DNA of 64,000 bases from Alphaproteobacteria bacterium (GTDB taxonomy: Bacteria; Pseudomonadota; Alphaproteobacteria; Sphingomonadales; JAKSBY01): assembly GCA_021774625.1 (NCBI GenBank), contig JAJFIV010000027.1, positions 210,566-274,565 of the forward strand, given 5' to 3'. This document shows, one piece after another, positions 1 to 9,980 of the stretch; the first letter of the stretch is position 1; each line of letters begins with the position of its first letter. The translations under genes and the position numbers were made by a program. Under the pieces are notes generated by a model, which had not been told where the DNA came from, did no database searches, and saw only the letters and a list, made by a program, of their open reading frames with translations.

Positions 1-1240
1 ATATATTTTCCGCAATGGTGCGGAGATTCAAGGGTTTCAGATAGCGAATGCCCCGGCTGAAAAAGGCTTCCTGATGTTTCACCAGCTCGGTCGCTACCTT
101 AAGAATGGTTCTGGCCCTCTGATCGAGCGCTTTCACAAGCCAGTTTGCATTTGCATAACATTCGGAAATATAGGCCTTGTCTTCCTTGCTGCCGGCAAGC
201 GACGTCAGGGATGTATAATATTGGGCGTTGACGAGGACTTTGGGCAAGGTCTCGGTATTCAGCTCTACGGACCAGGTGCCGGCCGGTGATTTTCTGACAA
301 AAACGTCGGGGACCACAGGCTGTACCGGCTCACCGCCAAAAGCCAGACCGGGTTTGGGGTTCAGTTCCTGAAGCTCGCGCAGCATATCGGCAAGATCGCC
401 GGAACTCACATTGCACAGTTTTTTCAGTGCGGGGAAATCCCGTTTGGCGACCAGGTCAAGATTTTGCAGCAATGCCTGCATACAGGGATCATACCGGTCC
501 TTTTCCGTAAGCTGCAGCGCCAGACATTCCGAAAGATTGCGGGCGAAAACCCCGGCCGGCTCAAGCTGCTGCAAGGCGTCCAGGACCCGCTCCACATCAT
601 CATCGGTGCAGCCGAGACGGTCCGGCACGTCATCAAGAAGTTCCGAAAGATAGCCGGCATCATCCACCATATCGATCAGATGGCCGGCAATCAGACGATC
701 CTGCGGCCCGCTGACCACCATTGCCATTTGCTCAGTCAGATAATCGCGCAGGCTGATTGTCCCGGCAATCCTTTGTTCAAATGAATTGGCCCCTTCCGAT
801 GACCCGCCTCCGGAGCCGCGGTCAAAGCTGGACGGCCCAGCGGAGGATTCATGGCCGTTTGCCGCCTGCGCCGCTGAATCGGTTGGACTGTCATGATTGA
901 ATACATTCTCCTCGAAATCCGTATCAAGGGGCGAATCGGAATTATCGACCGCCTGCGCTGTCTCCGAGAGGCTTTCATCGGCGCTGACCATGCCGTCCGC
1001 CCGCTCGCTATCCTCCTTAGCGGATTGGCGCGCGGCATTTTCCGCATCATTGGGCGAGTCCTGATCCGCATCGGGCCGGTCTTCGCTGATATCGAGAAGC
1101 GGGTTTTTTTCCAGCTCGGTACTCAGAAAATCGACAAGTTCAAGATTGGACAATTGCAGCAGTTTAATGGCCTGCTGCAATTGCGGCGTCATAACCAGTT
1201 GCTGGCTTTGCCGTAAATCCAATCGCGGCGTTAGCGCCAT
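1..1240 (-). CDS. rpoN: RNA polymerase sigma-54 factor RpoN, N-terminal part (gene runs off the left edge)
   Basis: Absent from the ORF track because no stop codon lies inside the window. Hand translation of the minus strand from the ATG at 1240-1238 gives MALTPRLDLRQSQQLVMTPQLQQAIKLLQLSNLELVDFLSTELEKNPLL, the canonical sigma-54 region I. An acidic linker follows, and the sequence reads ...GIRYLKPLNLRTIAENI at base 1. The frame stays open throughout. It lies 12 nt downstream of lptB, matching the conserved lptCAB-rpoN order. Confidence 0.9.
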   Translation of the reverse strand, partial: MALTPRLDLRQSQQLVMTPQLQQAIKLLQLSNLELVDFLSTELEKNPLLDISEDRPDADQDSPNDAENAARQSAKEDSERADGMVSADESLSETAQAVDNSDSPLDTDFEENVFNHDSPTDSAAQAANGHESSAGPSSFDRGSGGGSSEGANSFEQRIAGTISLRDYLTEQMAMVVSGPQDRLIAGHLIDMVDDAGYLSELLDDVPDRLGCTDDDVERVLDALQQLEPAGVFARNLSECLALQLTEKDRYDPCMQALLQNLDLVAKRDFPALKKLCNVSSGDLADMLRELQELNPKPGLAFGGEPVQPVVPDVFVRKSPAGTWSVELNTETLPKVLVNAQYYTSLTSLAGSKEDKAYISECYANANWLVKALDQRARTILKVATELVKHQEAFFSRGIRYLKPLNLRTIAENI

Positions 1241-1252
1241 AATCCCTCGTCC

Positions 1253-2071
1253 TTAAAGGCTGAACCTTTTGCCCAGATAAACCCGGCGCACATCCTCGTT
1301 ACTGAGGATTTCTTCCGCCGAGCCTTCCATCAATACATGCCCGTCGTAAATAATATATGCGCGGTCAATGATATCGAGCGTTTCCCGCACATTATGATCG
1401 GTAATCAGCACACCAATGCCGCGGTCCTTCAAATGGGCCACCAGATCGCGGATATCGGCGATGGCGATGGGGTCAATGCCGGCAAAGGGCTCATCCAGCA
1501 GCATAATGCTGGGCCGCGCCGCCAGCGCCCGCGCAATCTCGCAGCGCCGCCGCTCTCCTCCGGAAAGCGCCAGCGCCGGCGTTCTCCTGAGATGCGATAT
1601 GCCGAATTCTTCTAATAATTCGTCCAGCATGGCGATGCGGGTTTTTTCATCCTTTTCAATGATTTCCAGCACCGAAGAAATATTCTCCTCAACGGTCAGG
1701 CCCCGGAAAATGGAGGCTTCCTGGGGCAGATAACCGATTCCCATGCGGGCGCGGCGGTACATGGGCAGTTTTGTGATATCCGTGCCGTCCATTTCAATCC
1801 GCCCCTGATCCGGCGCCACCAGCCCGGTGATACTGTAAAAGCAGGTGGTTTTTCCCGCGCCGTTCGGCCCCAGCAACCCCACCACTTCGCCGCGTCCGAC
1901 CCGGAGGCTGATATCCCGCAAAACCGGGCGTTTATGGTAGCTTTTGCCAAGCCCCTCAACCTTGAGCCCGCCGGTTACCATTGGCGCCCGAGCTGCGGTG
2001 TCCTTCGCCCCACCGCCGGCCCGTTCACTCATATCATCAACCGTATTTGCCTGTTGCTCCAGTGCGTCCAT
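1253..2071 (-). CDS. lptB: LPS export ABC transporter ATP-binding protein LptB
   Basis: ORF 1253..2086. Motifs: Walker [25 protein letters not shown] signature, Walker [13 protein letters not shown]. It is flanked by lptA and rpoN. The start is ambiguous: TTG 2086, ATG 2071 with a GAGAG upstream, or ATG 1981, which would give an E. coli-like length. Confidence 0.9.
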   Translation of the reverse strand: MDALEQQANTVDDMSERAGGGAKDTAARAPMVTGGLKVEGLGKSYHKRPVLRDISLRVGRGEVVGLLGPNGAGKTTCFYSITGLVAPDQGRIEMDGTDITKLPMYRRARMGIGYLPQEASIFRGLTVEENISSVLEIIEKDEKTRIAMLDELLEEFGISHLRRTPALALSGGERRRCEIARALAARPSIMLLDEPFAGIDPIAIADIRDLVAHLKDRGIGVLITDHNVRETLDIIDRAYIIYDGHVLMEGSAEEILSNEDVRRVYLGKRFSL

Positions 2072-2203
2072 TTGTCTCTCATTCAACCGCTAACGAATTA
2101 ATAAATCGTGTGCGCCAGACAAAACTGGCGCAATTTATGCATGGCAATATCCAACTTAGGCCTAAAAATCCGGGTTGCCCAGCAAATTTCCGGCGGGAAA
2201 TAA

Positions 2204-2782
2204 TCAATTATCTTCTTTTTCCGGCACTTTGAACTTGCCGCGGACACGGCCGGTTTCACTGTTCGGATCGGGTTCCGGCGCACCGGCGAATTTGGTGATG
2301 CCGCTTTCCAGATCCAGCTCCAGCCGCTCGCCGCGGATAATTGTCTCGCCCTGGCTGAGAACAACGGAGCCGCCAACTGTGACAATCCGCCGCTCCACAT
2401 CATAAACAGCCCAGTCGCCTTCCGCCTTTTCCGACGGCGAGGACAGGGTAACCCCGCCGGTCGCATCCAGCCGGGTGATGGTCGGATTTTCCAAACCGGC
2501 ATCCGCGAGGTAATAGACGGCGAGGGTTTCCGCCTTCATCTGCAAATCCCCCTGATCCGCCTGAACGGAACCCTTAAAAATCGCCTGATTCTGTTTCTGT
2601 TTCAATTCCAGCTCGTCAGCGGTGATATCAATGGGCTGCTTGCTGTTATGATCCTTAAGCGCGGAAACCGATTGTCCGGGCGCCGGTGAAATGCCGGCCA
2701 TAAGAAAGGCGGCAGATAGGACCATAACCACCTTGCGGCCGGTGATTGCGTTCCAGGTCCAATATTTTTTTATCTGAATCAT
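2204..2782 (-). CDS. lptA: LPS transport periplasmic protein LptA (OstA-like)
   Basis: 192 aa with a signal peptide (VVMVLSAAFLMAGISPAPG) and beta-rich OstA-like repeats. It sits between lptC and lptB. Confidence 0.75.
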   Translation of the reverse strand: MIQIKKYWTWNAITGRKVVMVLSAAFLMAGISPAPGQSVSALKDHNSKQPIDITADELELKQKQNQAIFKGSVQADQGDLQMKAETLAVYYLADAGLENPTITRLDATGGVTLSSPSEKAEGDWAVYDVERRIVTVGGSVVLSQGETIIRGERLELDLESGITKFAGAPEPDPNSETGRVRGKFKVPEKEDN

Positions 2783-2788
2783 TCGCTT

Positions 2789-3511
2789 TTACTTCTCGAT
2801 ATTCGTTGTTTTTTGTCCGTCCGGCAGCAGAGTCATCTTCACGCCGCCCGCAAAGATGACCGAACGGTCCTCAATGGAAATCCGGAAACTTCCCGCAGTA
2901 AAATTGCCGATAGGACCGGAACCGCTTAAAGGCGCGTCGCTCCAGGCGGCATTTTGGATTAAATCCACTTCCACGGCGCTGGCGCCGATGTGATATCCGT
3001 CGCTGGTGTCGAAAGAAACCTGTCCCTCCATCTCCAGATGTTGACGGTCGGGGTAGAACAGACCCGAATCTGAATTTACCGAAGCCGTTGCGCTATCCGC
3101 AAGCTGGAAGTTGGCCACAATATCCTCCAGATAGACCCGAAGGTCTTCGGGGCTGTCCTGAAAGCCGTTTTCGGCGGAAACCGAGAAAATCCGCCCCCGC
3201 GAATCGGTGCCCACATACTGCGGCCGCACCATGCGGATTTTGTCATCGCTGGATTCCACATCTTCATAAGAGAGGGTAAAGGCGACTTCCTGCTGCTCCA
3301 GCACCGGCCAGAGCACCAGCGCCAATAAAAGAGCCAGGGCCGCCGCCGGAAGGATAATCCTGAAACCCTTTATCAGATGATCGCGTTTTTGCCCCGATAC
3401 CGCAGCGGAAGCCGCGCGTGGCTCAAACAATTCGCGCCGTTTGCTGCCGCCCTTTTTGGCGGGGTCTATCTGGCTGATATTGGATGGCAAAAGAGCTGCT
3501 CCATGCCTCAC
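2789..3511 (-). CDS. lptC: LPS export system protein LptC family
   Basis: 240 aa with a single N-terminal TM (ILPAAALALLLALVLWPVL) and a beta-jellyroll-like remainder. It lies immediately upstream of lptA (6-nt gap). Confidence 0.65.
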   Translation of the reverse strand: MRHGAALLPSNISQIDPAKKGGSKRRELFEPRAASAAVSGQKRDHLIKGFRIILPAAALALLLALVLWPVLEQQEVAFTLSYEDVESSDDKIRMVRPQYVGTDSRGRIFSVSAENGFQDSPEDLRVYLEDIVANFQLADSATASVNSDSGLFYPDRQHLEMEGQVSFDTSDGYHIGASAVEVDLIQNAAWSDAPLSGSGPIGNFTAGSFRISIEDRSVIFAGGVKMTLLPDGQKTTNIEK

Positions 3512-3563
3512 ATGTGATTCCGGATCAGTCTATCGCAATTAACAGCGGATGATAAGAGAAGTC

Positions 3564-4178
3564 TTAAGAGTGAGCAAAAATATCCACATCCGGCCAGCCG
3601 TAAAGATCCAGCGCTGCCCGCGCCGGTAAAAAGTCGAAGCAGGCAGTGGCCAGATCGTGCCGGCTTTCCCGGTCGAGCATATCGTCGAAATGCTCCTTCA
3701 GCCGGTGCAGATAAAGCACATCGGAAGCCGCGTAGGCCAGCTGCGCCTGTGAGATTTCCTCGGCGCCCCAATCGGAACTCTGCTGCTGTTTGGAAAGATC
3801 CACATCAAGGATTTCCTTGCACAAATCCTTCAAACCGTGCCGGTCCGTATAAGTCCGGCATAATCTGGAAGCGATTTTTGTACAGTAAACCGGCGCCGCC
3901 ATCACGTCCAGATGCTGCTGCAGCATGGCAAGATCGAAACGCGCGAAATGAAAAATTTTCAAAACGGCGGGATCGGATAAAAGCGCTTTGAGACGCGGGG
4001 CGGAATATTCCCCTTTCCGGAAACGGACAATATGGGCGTCCCCGTCGCCCGCAGACAATTGCACCAGACACAGCCGGTCGCGCCTCGGGTCCAGACCCAT
4101 GGTTTCGGTATCGATGGCAACTGCCGAGCCAAAACTCAGTCCGTCCGCCAGATCGCCTTCGTGAAAATGGATGGTCAT
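3564..4178 (-). CDS. 3'-5' exonuclease, short RNase D-like (DEDD family)
   Basis: 204 aa. Motifs: AIDTETMGL (Exo I), a LKIFHFARFD-like Exo II, and YAASDVLYL (Exo III). Confidence 0.75.
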   Translation of the reverse strand: MTIHFHEGDLADGLSFGSAVAIDTETMGLDPRRDRLCLVQLSAGDGDAHIVRFRKGEYSAPRLKALLSDPAVLKIFHFARFDLAMLQQHLDVMAAPVYCTKIASRLCRTYTDRHGLKDLCKEILDVDLSKQQQSSDWGAEEISQAQLAYAASDVLYLHRLKEHFDDMLDRESRHDLATACFDFLPARAALDLYGWPDVDIFAHS

Positions 4179-4198
4179 AATGTGCTCATGACTATTTT

Positions 4199-4285
4199 TG
4201 GTGCCCAGGAGAAGACTCGAACTTCCACGACCATACGGCCACTAGCACCTGAAGCTAGCGCGTCTACCAATTCCGCCACCTGGGC
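4199..4285 (-). tRNA. tRNA-Leu (anticodon CAG)
   Basis: The reverse complement reads GCCCAGGTGGCGGAATTGGTAGACGCGCTAGCTTCAGGTGCTAGTGGCCGTATGGTCGTGGAAGTTCGAGTCTTCTCCTGGGCACCA. Acceptor stem is 7 bp (GCCCAGG/CCTGGGC). Anticodon stem is CTAGC/GCTAG with loop TTCAGGT (CAG). It has a long variable arm, T-loop TTCGAGT and an encoded CCA. Confidence 0.9.
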
Positions 4286-4483
4286 CCGGTGAATAGCTTC
4301 CGTTGGCTACTCTGTGGCCTCTGGTCTGTCAAGCCTCAACATCAGTGCTTCATGCGCCAAACGCGCCTGGCCTGGGATGAGGCCCGGCCGGAAAGTCTTC
4401 CGGGCAAATACAGTTGTATCGACATTATTCACCCTGCCCGCTATATAATGATACAATAGCGGATCAAAAATCCGGAGGAACCG

Positions 4484-5428
4484 ATGACGCAGCGCAGAAT
4501 AACGATTTTTGGCGGATCCGGCTTTGTCGGGCGCTATGTGGTTATGCGGCTTGCCGCGCGCGGGGACCGGATTATGGTCGCCACACGGCGGCCCCAGGAC
4601 GCGCTGTTTTTGAAGCCTCTCGGCGATGTCGGTCAAATCCAGTTTGTTATGTCCAATGTACGGAATGAAGCCTCAGTCGAGCGGGCGGTCCGGGGCGCCG
4701 ATGCCGTCATCAATCTTGTCGGCATTCTGCATGAGAGCGGCAAACAGAAATTTGAAACCGTTCAGGCGGAAGGGGCGCCCAATATTGCCCGCGCCGCCAA
4801 AAACGCCGGTGTGAAACAACTGGTTCATGTATCGGCTATCGGCGCGGATGCCCGCTCCGAATCAGATTATGCCAGCAGCAAGGGCCGGGCGGAACAGGCG
4901 GTCCGGGAAGTCTTTCCCGAGGCAACCATATTCCGTCCGTCGGTGATTTTCGGGCCGGAGGATGATTTCTTCAACCGCTTCGCCGCGCTTGCCCGCATGT
5001 TGCCCTTCGTTCCGGTCATTTCCGGGGCGACAAAATTTCAGCCGGTCTATGTGGGGGATGTGGCGGACGCCATTGTGAAAGCGCTGGCGAATCATGCCAT
5101 GTCCGGCCGGACCTATGAGCTTGGCGGGCCGAAAATCTATTCCCTGCGGGATATTCAGAAGTATATTCTGGCGGAAATCATGCAGAAGAAACCGCTGGTG
5201 AATATTCCCATGGGCCTTGCCAAACTGAAAGCCGCTTTCCTGCAGATTTTGCCCAACCCGCCCCTGACGCTTGATCAACTGAAACTGCTGCAGTCCGATA
5301 ATATTGTCGCCAACGGGGCGCTGACATTCGCGGATATGGGCCTTCGCCCGAAACCTGTGGAAGCGGTGGCGCCTTCCTATCTCAGACGCTTTCGTCCCAA
5401 AGGGCAGTTTTCAACACAACCGGTCTGA
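4484..5428 (+). CDS. NAD(P)H-binding complex I NDUFA9-like / SDR-type epimerase family protein
   Basis: 314 aa. Rossmann motif ITIFGGSGFVGRYVV. The overall pattern is typical of alphaproteobacterial NDUFA9 homologues. Confidence 0.75.
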   Translation: MTQRRITIFGGSGFVGRYVVMRLAARGDRIMVATRRPQDALFLKPLGDVGQIQFVMSNVRNEASVERAVRGADAVINLVGILHESGKQKFETVQAEGAPNIARAAKNAGVKQLVHVSAIGADARSESDYASSKGRAEQAVREVFPEATIFRPSVIFGPEDDFFNRFAALARMLPFVPVISGATKFQPVYVGDVADAIVKALANHAMSGRTYELGGPKIYSLRDIQKYILAEIMQKKPLVNIPMGLAKLKAAFLQILPNPPLTLDQLKLLQSDNIVANGALTFADMGLRPKPVEAVAPSYLRRFRPKGQFSTQPV

Positions 5429-5465
5429 TGATATTGACGGTGCCGGCCCGCTCTCCGCCTGGGTA

Positions 5466-6263
5466 TCAGGCGGCCCAGAGCAGAATGCCGATCCCGAGCA
5501 GAATCCGATAGACAACGAAAACCGTCATTGACGCGCGCCTCAGCCAGTGCATCAGAAATGCCATGGCCGCAATGGCCGCCGCAAAGGTCAAAATCCCGGC
5601 AATGACGGCGTCCTTTTGCTGAGCCGCGCCCGCCTCCATTAAATCAAGCCCGACCAGAAACCCGGCGCCGGCAATGGCCGGAATGGAGAGCAGAAAGGAA
5701 AAGCGCGCCGCTTCCGGCCGGGTGAAGCCGAGAAACCGCGCGGCCGTCATGGTAACGCCGGACCGGCTGGTGCCCGGAATCAGGGCCAGCGCCTGGGCGA
5801 GGCCGACAATTACCGCATCTTTCAGGGTCAGGTCTTCAAATTTTCTTTCCTTCGGCCCCCAGCGGTCGGCGATGAACAGCAGAATGCCGTAAAAGATCAG
5901 TGTGCCGGCAACGAGTTCCGCTGACCTCAGATAATCCGTAATATCAAAGGCCTTGAAGGCCAGACCAACAATGACCGCCGGCAGGGTGCCGAGGATAATC
6001 CACAAAAACCAGCGGCTTTCCTGCTTGGCATTGGCGAGGCCAAGCATGCTCAGACCGCCCCGAGCCAGCGCCCAGACGTCTCGGGCAAAATAGACGAGAA
6101 TCGCCGCAAGGGTCCCCACATGGACCGCCACGTCAATGGCCAGTCCCTGATCCGGCAGGCCGGTAAAATACGGGATCAGGATCAGATGGCCCGAGGAGGA
6201 GACCGGCAGAAATTCCGTCACTCCCTGCACAATGGCAATGATCAGCAGATGGAGAATAGACAC
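5466..6263 (-). CDS. uppP: undecaprenyl-diphosphate phosphatase
   Basis: 265 aa polytopic membrane protein with the hallmark N-terminus QGVTEFLPVSSSGHL and the later PGTSRSG motif. Confidence 0.9.
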   Translation of the reverse strand: MSILHLLIIAIVQGVTEFLPVSSSGHLILIPYFTGLPDQGLAIDVAVHVGTLAAILVYFARDVWALARGGLSMLGLANAKQESRWFLWIILGTLPAVIVGLAFKAFDITDYLRSAELVAGTLIFYGILLFIADRWGPKERKFEDLTLKDAVIVGLAQALALIPGTSRSGVTMTAARFLGFTRPEAARFSFLLSIPAIAGAGFLVGLDLMEAGAAQQKDAVIAGILTFAAAIAAMAFLMHWLRRASMTVFVVYRILLGIGILLWAA

Positions 6264-6358
6264 AAAAAACCCTTATTTTATTCTGGGACGATGAGACCCT
6301 GCGGGTTATACAATTGCTATTCGGTAAATGCTACCTGCGAAAGTGTAATTTCAGCCCC

Positions 6359-7027
6359 ATGCGCACCCTTTATCATCACTGGCTGTCCCCCGCCTCCCGC
6401 AAGGTCCGTATTGTGCTTGGGGAAAAAAAACTGGTTTATGAAATGCGGGTCGAGCAGGTCTGGGAACGGCGTCCGCAATTTCTGCGCATGAACCCGGCGG
6501 GCGAAGTGCCGGTTTTTCTCGAAGAAGACGGGCGGGCTTTTTGCGATGCCGCAGCCATTTCTGAATATCTGGACGAACTTTATCCGGAACCACCGCTGCT
6601 TGGCGAATCGCCCAGCGAGCGGGCAGAGGTGCGGCGGCTGGTTGCCTGGTTCGATCTTAAATTCAAGGCCGAAGTGACCCAGCATCTTTCAACCGAGAAA
6701 ATCATGAAACGGTTTCTTGGCATGGGCCAGCCGGATTCGGAAGCCATCCGCTGCGCCACTCACAATCTGAAAACTCATATCAATTATATCGCCCATCTGG
6801 CGGAGCGGCGGAATTATCTCGCCGGCAACCAGTTTTCCCTCGCCGATATTGCGGCGGCTTCCCATCTTTCCGTCATTGATTATCTGGGCGATGTCAACTG
6901 GGACGCCAATGCGGAAGCCAAGGACTGGTATGTGCGGGTCAAATCCCGGCGCAGTATGCGGACCATACTGGCCGACCGTATCCCCGGCCTGCAACCGCCA
7001 CAATATTATGACAAACTTGACTTCTGA
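6359..7027 (+). CDS. glutathione S-transferase family protein
   Basis: ORF 6314..7027. The likely start is M16 (MRTLYHHWLSPASRKVRIVLGEKKL), a thioredoxin-like N-domain followed by a helical GST C-domain. Confidence 0.8.
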   Translation: MRTLYHHWLSPASRKVRIVLGEKKLVYEMRVEQVWERRPQFLRMNPAGEVPVFLEEDGRAFCDAAAISEYLDELYPEPPLLGESPSERAEVRRLVAWFDLKFKAEVTQHLSTEKIMKRFLGMGQPDSEAIRCATHNLKTHINYIAHLAERRNYLAGNQFSLADIAAASHLSVIDYLGDVNWDANAEAKDWYVRVKSRRSMRTILADRIPGLQPPQYYDKLDF

Positions 7028-8156
7028 GGATGCCGCCCGCCTGATCAGCGAACAAGCGCAGGGCGCGGGTTTCGATGTCTGCGGTTTTGCGCCTGCCACG
7101 GCGAATGATAAAATATCGAAAGGACTGCGGGAATATCTCGCCCGCGGACATCACGGCACCATGGCCTGGATGGCGGAAACGGCGGAGCGGCGTTCCGCGC
7201 CTACTCATTTATGGGAAAACGCCCGCAGTGCCATCCTGCTGGGTCTGAATTACGGGCCGGAGCATGACCCGCTGGCAATTCTTCAGCAAAAAAACCAAGC
7301 CGCAATCTCCGTTTACGCGCAGAACCGTGATTATCACGACCTGATCAAAAAAAAGCTGAAGCGGATCGGCCGCTGGATGGTGGAAACATTCGGCTGCGAA
7401 ATAAAAGTCTTTGTCGATACCGCGCCGCTGATGGAAAAACCGCTGGCCCGGGCGGCAGGGATCGGCTGGCAGGGCAAACATACCAATCTGGTCTCCCCCG
7501 ATTTTGGCTCCTGGCTGTTTCTGGGGGCGATTCTGACGGATCTGGCGCTGAAGACGGATACGCCCCACGGTGATCAATGCGGAAGCTGCCGGGCCTGTCT
7601 TGATATCTGCCCGACCAGCGCCTTTCCCGCCCCCTATCAAATCGATGCCCGGCGCTGCATCTCCTATCTGACCATCGAGCATAAAGGCCATATCCCGCGC
7701 GAATTCCGCAAAGCCATGGGCAACCGGATTTATGGCTGTGACGATTGCCTCGCGGTCTGTCCTTGGAACAAATTTGCCAAGACATCGCAGGAAGCCGCTT
7801 TTTTTGCGCGGGCGGAATTAAAGTCGCCCGAGCTTGGCGATCTGGCGGAACTGGATGACGCCACCTTTCGGCAGGTATTTTCCGGATCCCCCATCAAGCG
7901 GATAGGCCGCGACAGATTTGTCCGTAATGTGCTGATTGCTATCGGCAATTCCGGGGACAAAAATCATGCGCCCGCCGTGACGGAAAAATTATCCGACCCC
8001 TCGCCGCTGGTCCGCGCCATGGCGGTTTGGGCCCTGGGCGCACTTTTGGGAAGCGAAGCCAAAAACATGAAAACGGACAGGACGGATGATGATCCGGATA
8101 TCGCGGCGGAATGGGAGACTATTGAGGATCATCCCCGTCAGTCGTATCCTGACTGA
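7008..8156 (+). CDS. queG: tRNA epoxyqueuosine(34) reductase QueG
   Basis: ORF 6849..8156. The likely start is ATG 7008 (MTNLTSEDAARLI), overlapping the GST stop by 20 nt. Two 4Fe-4S motifs are present (CGSCRACLDICPTSAF and YGCDDCLAVCPWNKF), with a HEAT-like C-terminus. Confidence 0.85.
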   Translation: MTNLTSEDAARLISEQAQGAGFDVCGFAPATANDKISKGLREYLARGHHGTMAWMAETAERRSAPTHLWENARSAILLGLNYGPEHDPLAILQQKNQAAISVYAQNRDYHDLIKKKLKRIGRWMVETFGCEIKVFVDTAPLMEKPLARAAGIGWQGKHTNLVSPDFGSWLFLGAILTDLALKTDTPHGDQCGSCRACLDICPTSAFPAPYQIDARRCISYLTIEHKGHIPREFRKAMGNRIYGCDDCLAVCPWNKFAKTSQEAAFFARAELKSPELGDLAELDDATFRQVFSGSPIKRIGRDRFVRNVLIAIGNSGDKNHAPAVTEKLSDPSPLVRAMAVWALGALLGSEAKNMKTDRTDDDPDIAAEWETIEDHPRQSYPD

Positions 8157-8964
8157 CATCCATCCTTTCAATATTGGTCCGCGCAGCCGCCGCGGAGGAT
8201 GATGAGGGATAGAGCATCAGAATTTTCTGCCAGTCTTCCCGCGCCCCGTCCCTATCGCCGCGCAGGCTTCTGAGATTGCCGCGTTCCAGCAGGGCAAATT
8301 CATCATCGGCCTTCAGCGAGAGGGCATTTTCCAGTTCCGCCGCGGCGGCGGCATAATCTCCCAGAAACCGGAATGCGCTGGCCCGGTAGACATAAATATC
8401 CGCCCGGTCCGGCGCCATCAGGCGGGCGCGTTCCAGATCCTCAAGGGCGGCGGCATAGTCACCGGCCTCGCCCAGAGCGCGGGCGCGGTCAACCAGCAGT
8501 TCCATCACCACCGGGTTGAGATCGCCGCCGGCTTCCGCAAGACCCTGACTAAAGGCGGAATACGCCTTTACCGGATCACCGGCCAGCAGCCAGGCATTTC
8601 CGGCCTGGGCATAAAAATCGCTGATCAGTTCCGCAGCCTCGCGGACGGCGGGACCCAGATCATCAAGCCCGCGGCCCGCCTTGATGTCTTCAGCAACCTT
8701 TTCCAGTCTTTGCGCCGCCTGATCATACTGGCCAAGGGCCGAGAAGGCCAGGGATATGCAGTGGCGCGCCATCACGCCACCGCCACGGTCCCTCCAGTCG
8801 AGCGCCTGGGTCAGCGCGGTTTCCGGCTGCGACTGCGTCAGGGCGGTGCAGTCCTGATAAAGTTCGGCCCGTTTCGCCGGCGTATCAACCATCTGCGCCT
8901 GGGCCGAAGTCACAATCAGAACCGGCAGGATCAGATATTTAAATATGTTGGCAGGTCTGTGCAT
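8119..8964 (-). CDS. exported tetratricopeptide-repeat protein
   Basis: 281 aa with a signal peptide (ILPVLIVTSAQAQ) and repeated A/Y/L-rich 34-aa TPR-like units. Function unknown. Confidence 0.6.
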   Translation of the reverse strand: MHRPANIFKYLILPVLIVTSAQAQMVDTPAKRAELYQDCTALTQSQPETALTQALDWRDRGGGVMARHCISLAFSALGQYDQAAQRLEKVAEDIKAGRGLDDLGPAVREAAELISDFYAQAGNAWLLAGDPVKAYSAFSQGLAEAGGDLNPVVMELLVDRARALGEAGDYAAALEDLERARLMAPDRADIYVYRASAFRFLGDYAAAAAELENALSLKADDEFALLERGNLRSLRGDRDGAREDWQKILMLYPSSSSAAAARTNIERMDVSQDTTDGDDPQ

Positions 8965-9013
8965 AATGCGTAGCTTTCCCCGATGATTGAGGCAAATTCA
9001 AGACATTCATGCC

Positions 9014-9901
9014 ATGACCACTGAGCAAAAGCCCAAAATCCTGTGTTTCGGCTTCGGGTTTACGGCGTCCTTTCTGGCCCCCCGGCTTCGTGAACGCGGC
9101 TTTCATATCGCTGCAACCTGCCGCCGGGAGGATAAGCAAAGGGATTTGGCTGCAGAAGGCATAGATGCCTTTCTGTTCGATGGGTCGGCTCCGGTTGAGG
9201 GCGGCGGGAAAGCGTTTGAGAATGTCACGCATCTGCTGTCCTCCGTTCCGCCTTCGGATAATGGCGATCCGGTGATATCCCGTCATGGTGTGGACATTGC
9301 CGCCTTGTCAGACTTGCAATGGGCCGGCTATCTCTCGACCACCGGAGTATATGGAGATCACGGCGGGCAATGGGTGGATGAGCAAACGCCGCTGACGCCT
9401 TCAGGTGCGCGCGGCCGCCGGCGGATGGAGGCGGAGCAGGCATGGCAGGCCGTCTATCATTCCCACGGGGTGCCGGTACACATTTTCCGGCTGGCCGGCA
9501 TTTACGGACCGGACCGCAATCCGCTTCAGTCTCTGCGGCGGGGCAAGGCAAAGCGTATTGACAAACCGGGGCAGGTCTTTTCCCGCATTCATGTGGACGA
9601 TATCGCTTCTGTCCTTCTTGCCAGCATGGACCGGCCCAATCCCGGCGCGGTCTATAATGTTGCGGATGATCTGGCGGAGGCCCCGGAAAAAGTGGTGCAG
9701 TTTGCCGCCGGCCTGTTGGCTATGGAGCCGCCGCCGCTTATTCCCTTTGAGAATGCGGATATCACCCCCATGGCGCAAAGCTTTTATGACGATAATAAAC
9801 GGGTCAGCAACGACCGCATCAAAACCGAACTTGGGGTCAGACTGAAATATCCGGATTACAAGACCGGTTTGACAGCGCTTTATCATGGGATGAACCGCTA
9901 A
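9014..9901 (+). CDS. NAD(P)-binding SDR/epimerase-like oxidoreductase
   Basis: ORF 8987..9901. The likely start is M10 (MTTEQKPKILCFGFGFTA), a glycine-rich Rossmann N-terminus. Confidence 0.6.
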   Translation: MTTEQKPKILCFGFGFTASFLAPRLRERGFHIAATCRREDKQRDLAAEGIDAFLFDGSAPVEGGGKAFENVTHLLSSVPPSDNGDPVISRHGVDIAALSDLQWAGYLSTTGVYGDHGGQWVDEQTPLTPSGARGRRRMEAEQAWQAVYHSHGVPVHIFRLAGIYGPDRNPLQSLRRGKAKRIDKPGQVFSRIHVDDIASVLLASMDRPNPGAVYNVADDLAEAPEKVVQFAAGLLAMEPPPLIPFENADITPMAQSFYDDNKRVSNDRIKTELGVRLKYPDYKTGLTALYHGMNR

Positions 9902-9980
9902 ATTTTCCTTGCATTCCGGGGCTTTAATCGGCCATACCTTGCGGCCTTGAATGGTATAATGCTGGGACTTTGAGCGCAAA

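Noticed and set aside
4199-4285. tRNA-Leu as an integration hotspot for a genomic island or prophage.
   Set aside because: No integrase, direct repeat of the tRNA 3' end, or phage genes lie nearby. The only tyrosine recombinase in the window is housekeeping xerD, 51 kb away.
8119-8156. Convergent 38-nt overlap of the queG and TPR-gene 3' ends, and 17-nt overlap of the HD-GYP sensor and MmcB-like gene 3' ends (23232-23248).
   Set aside because: Short convergent overlaps are common in compact genomes, and no additional structure was seen. They are noted only as a possible source of antisense interference.
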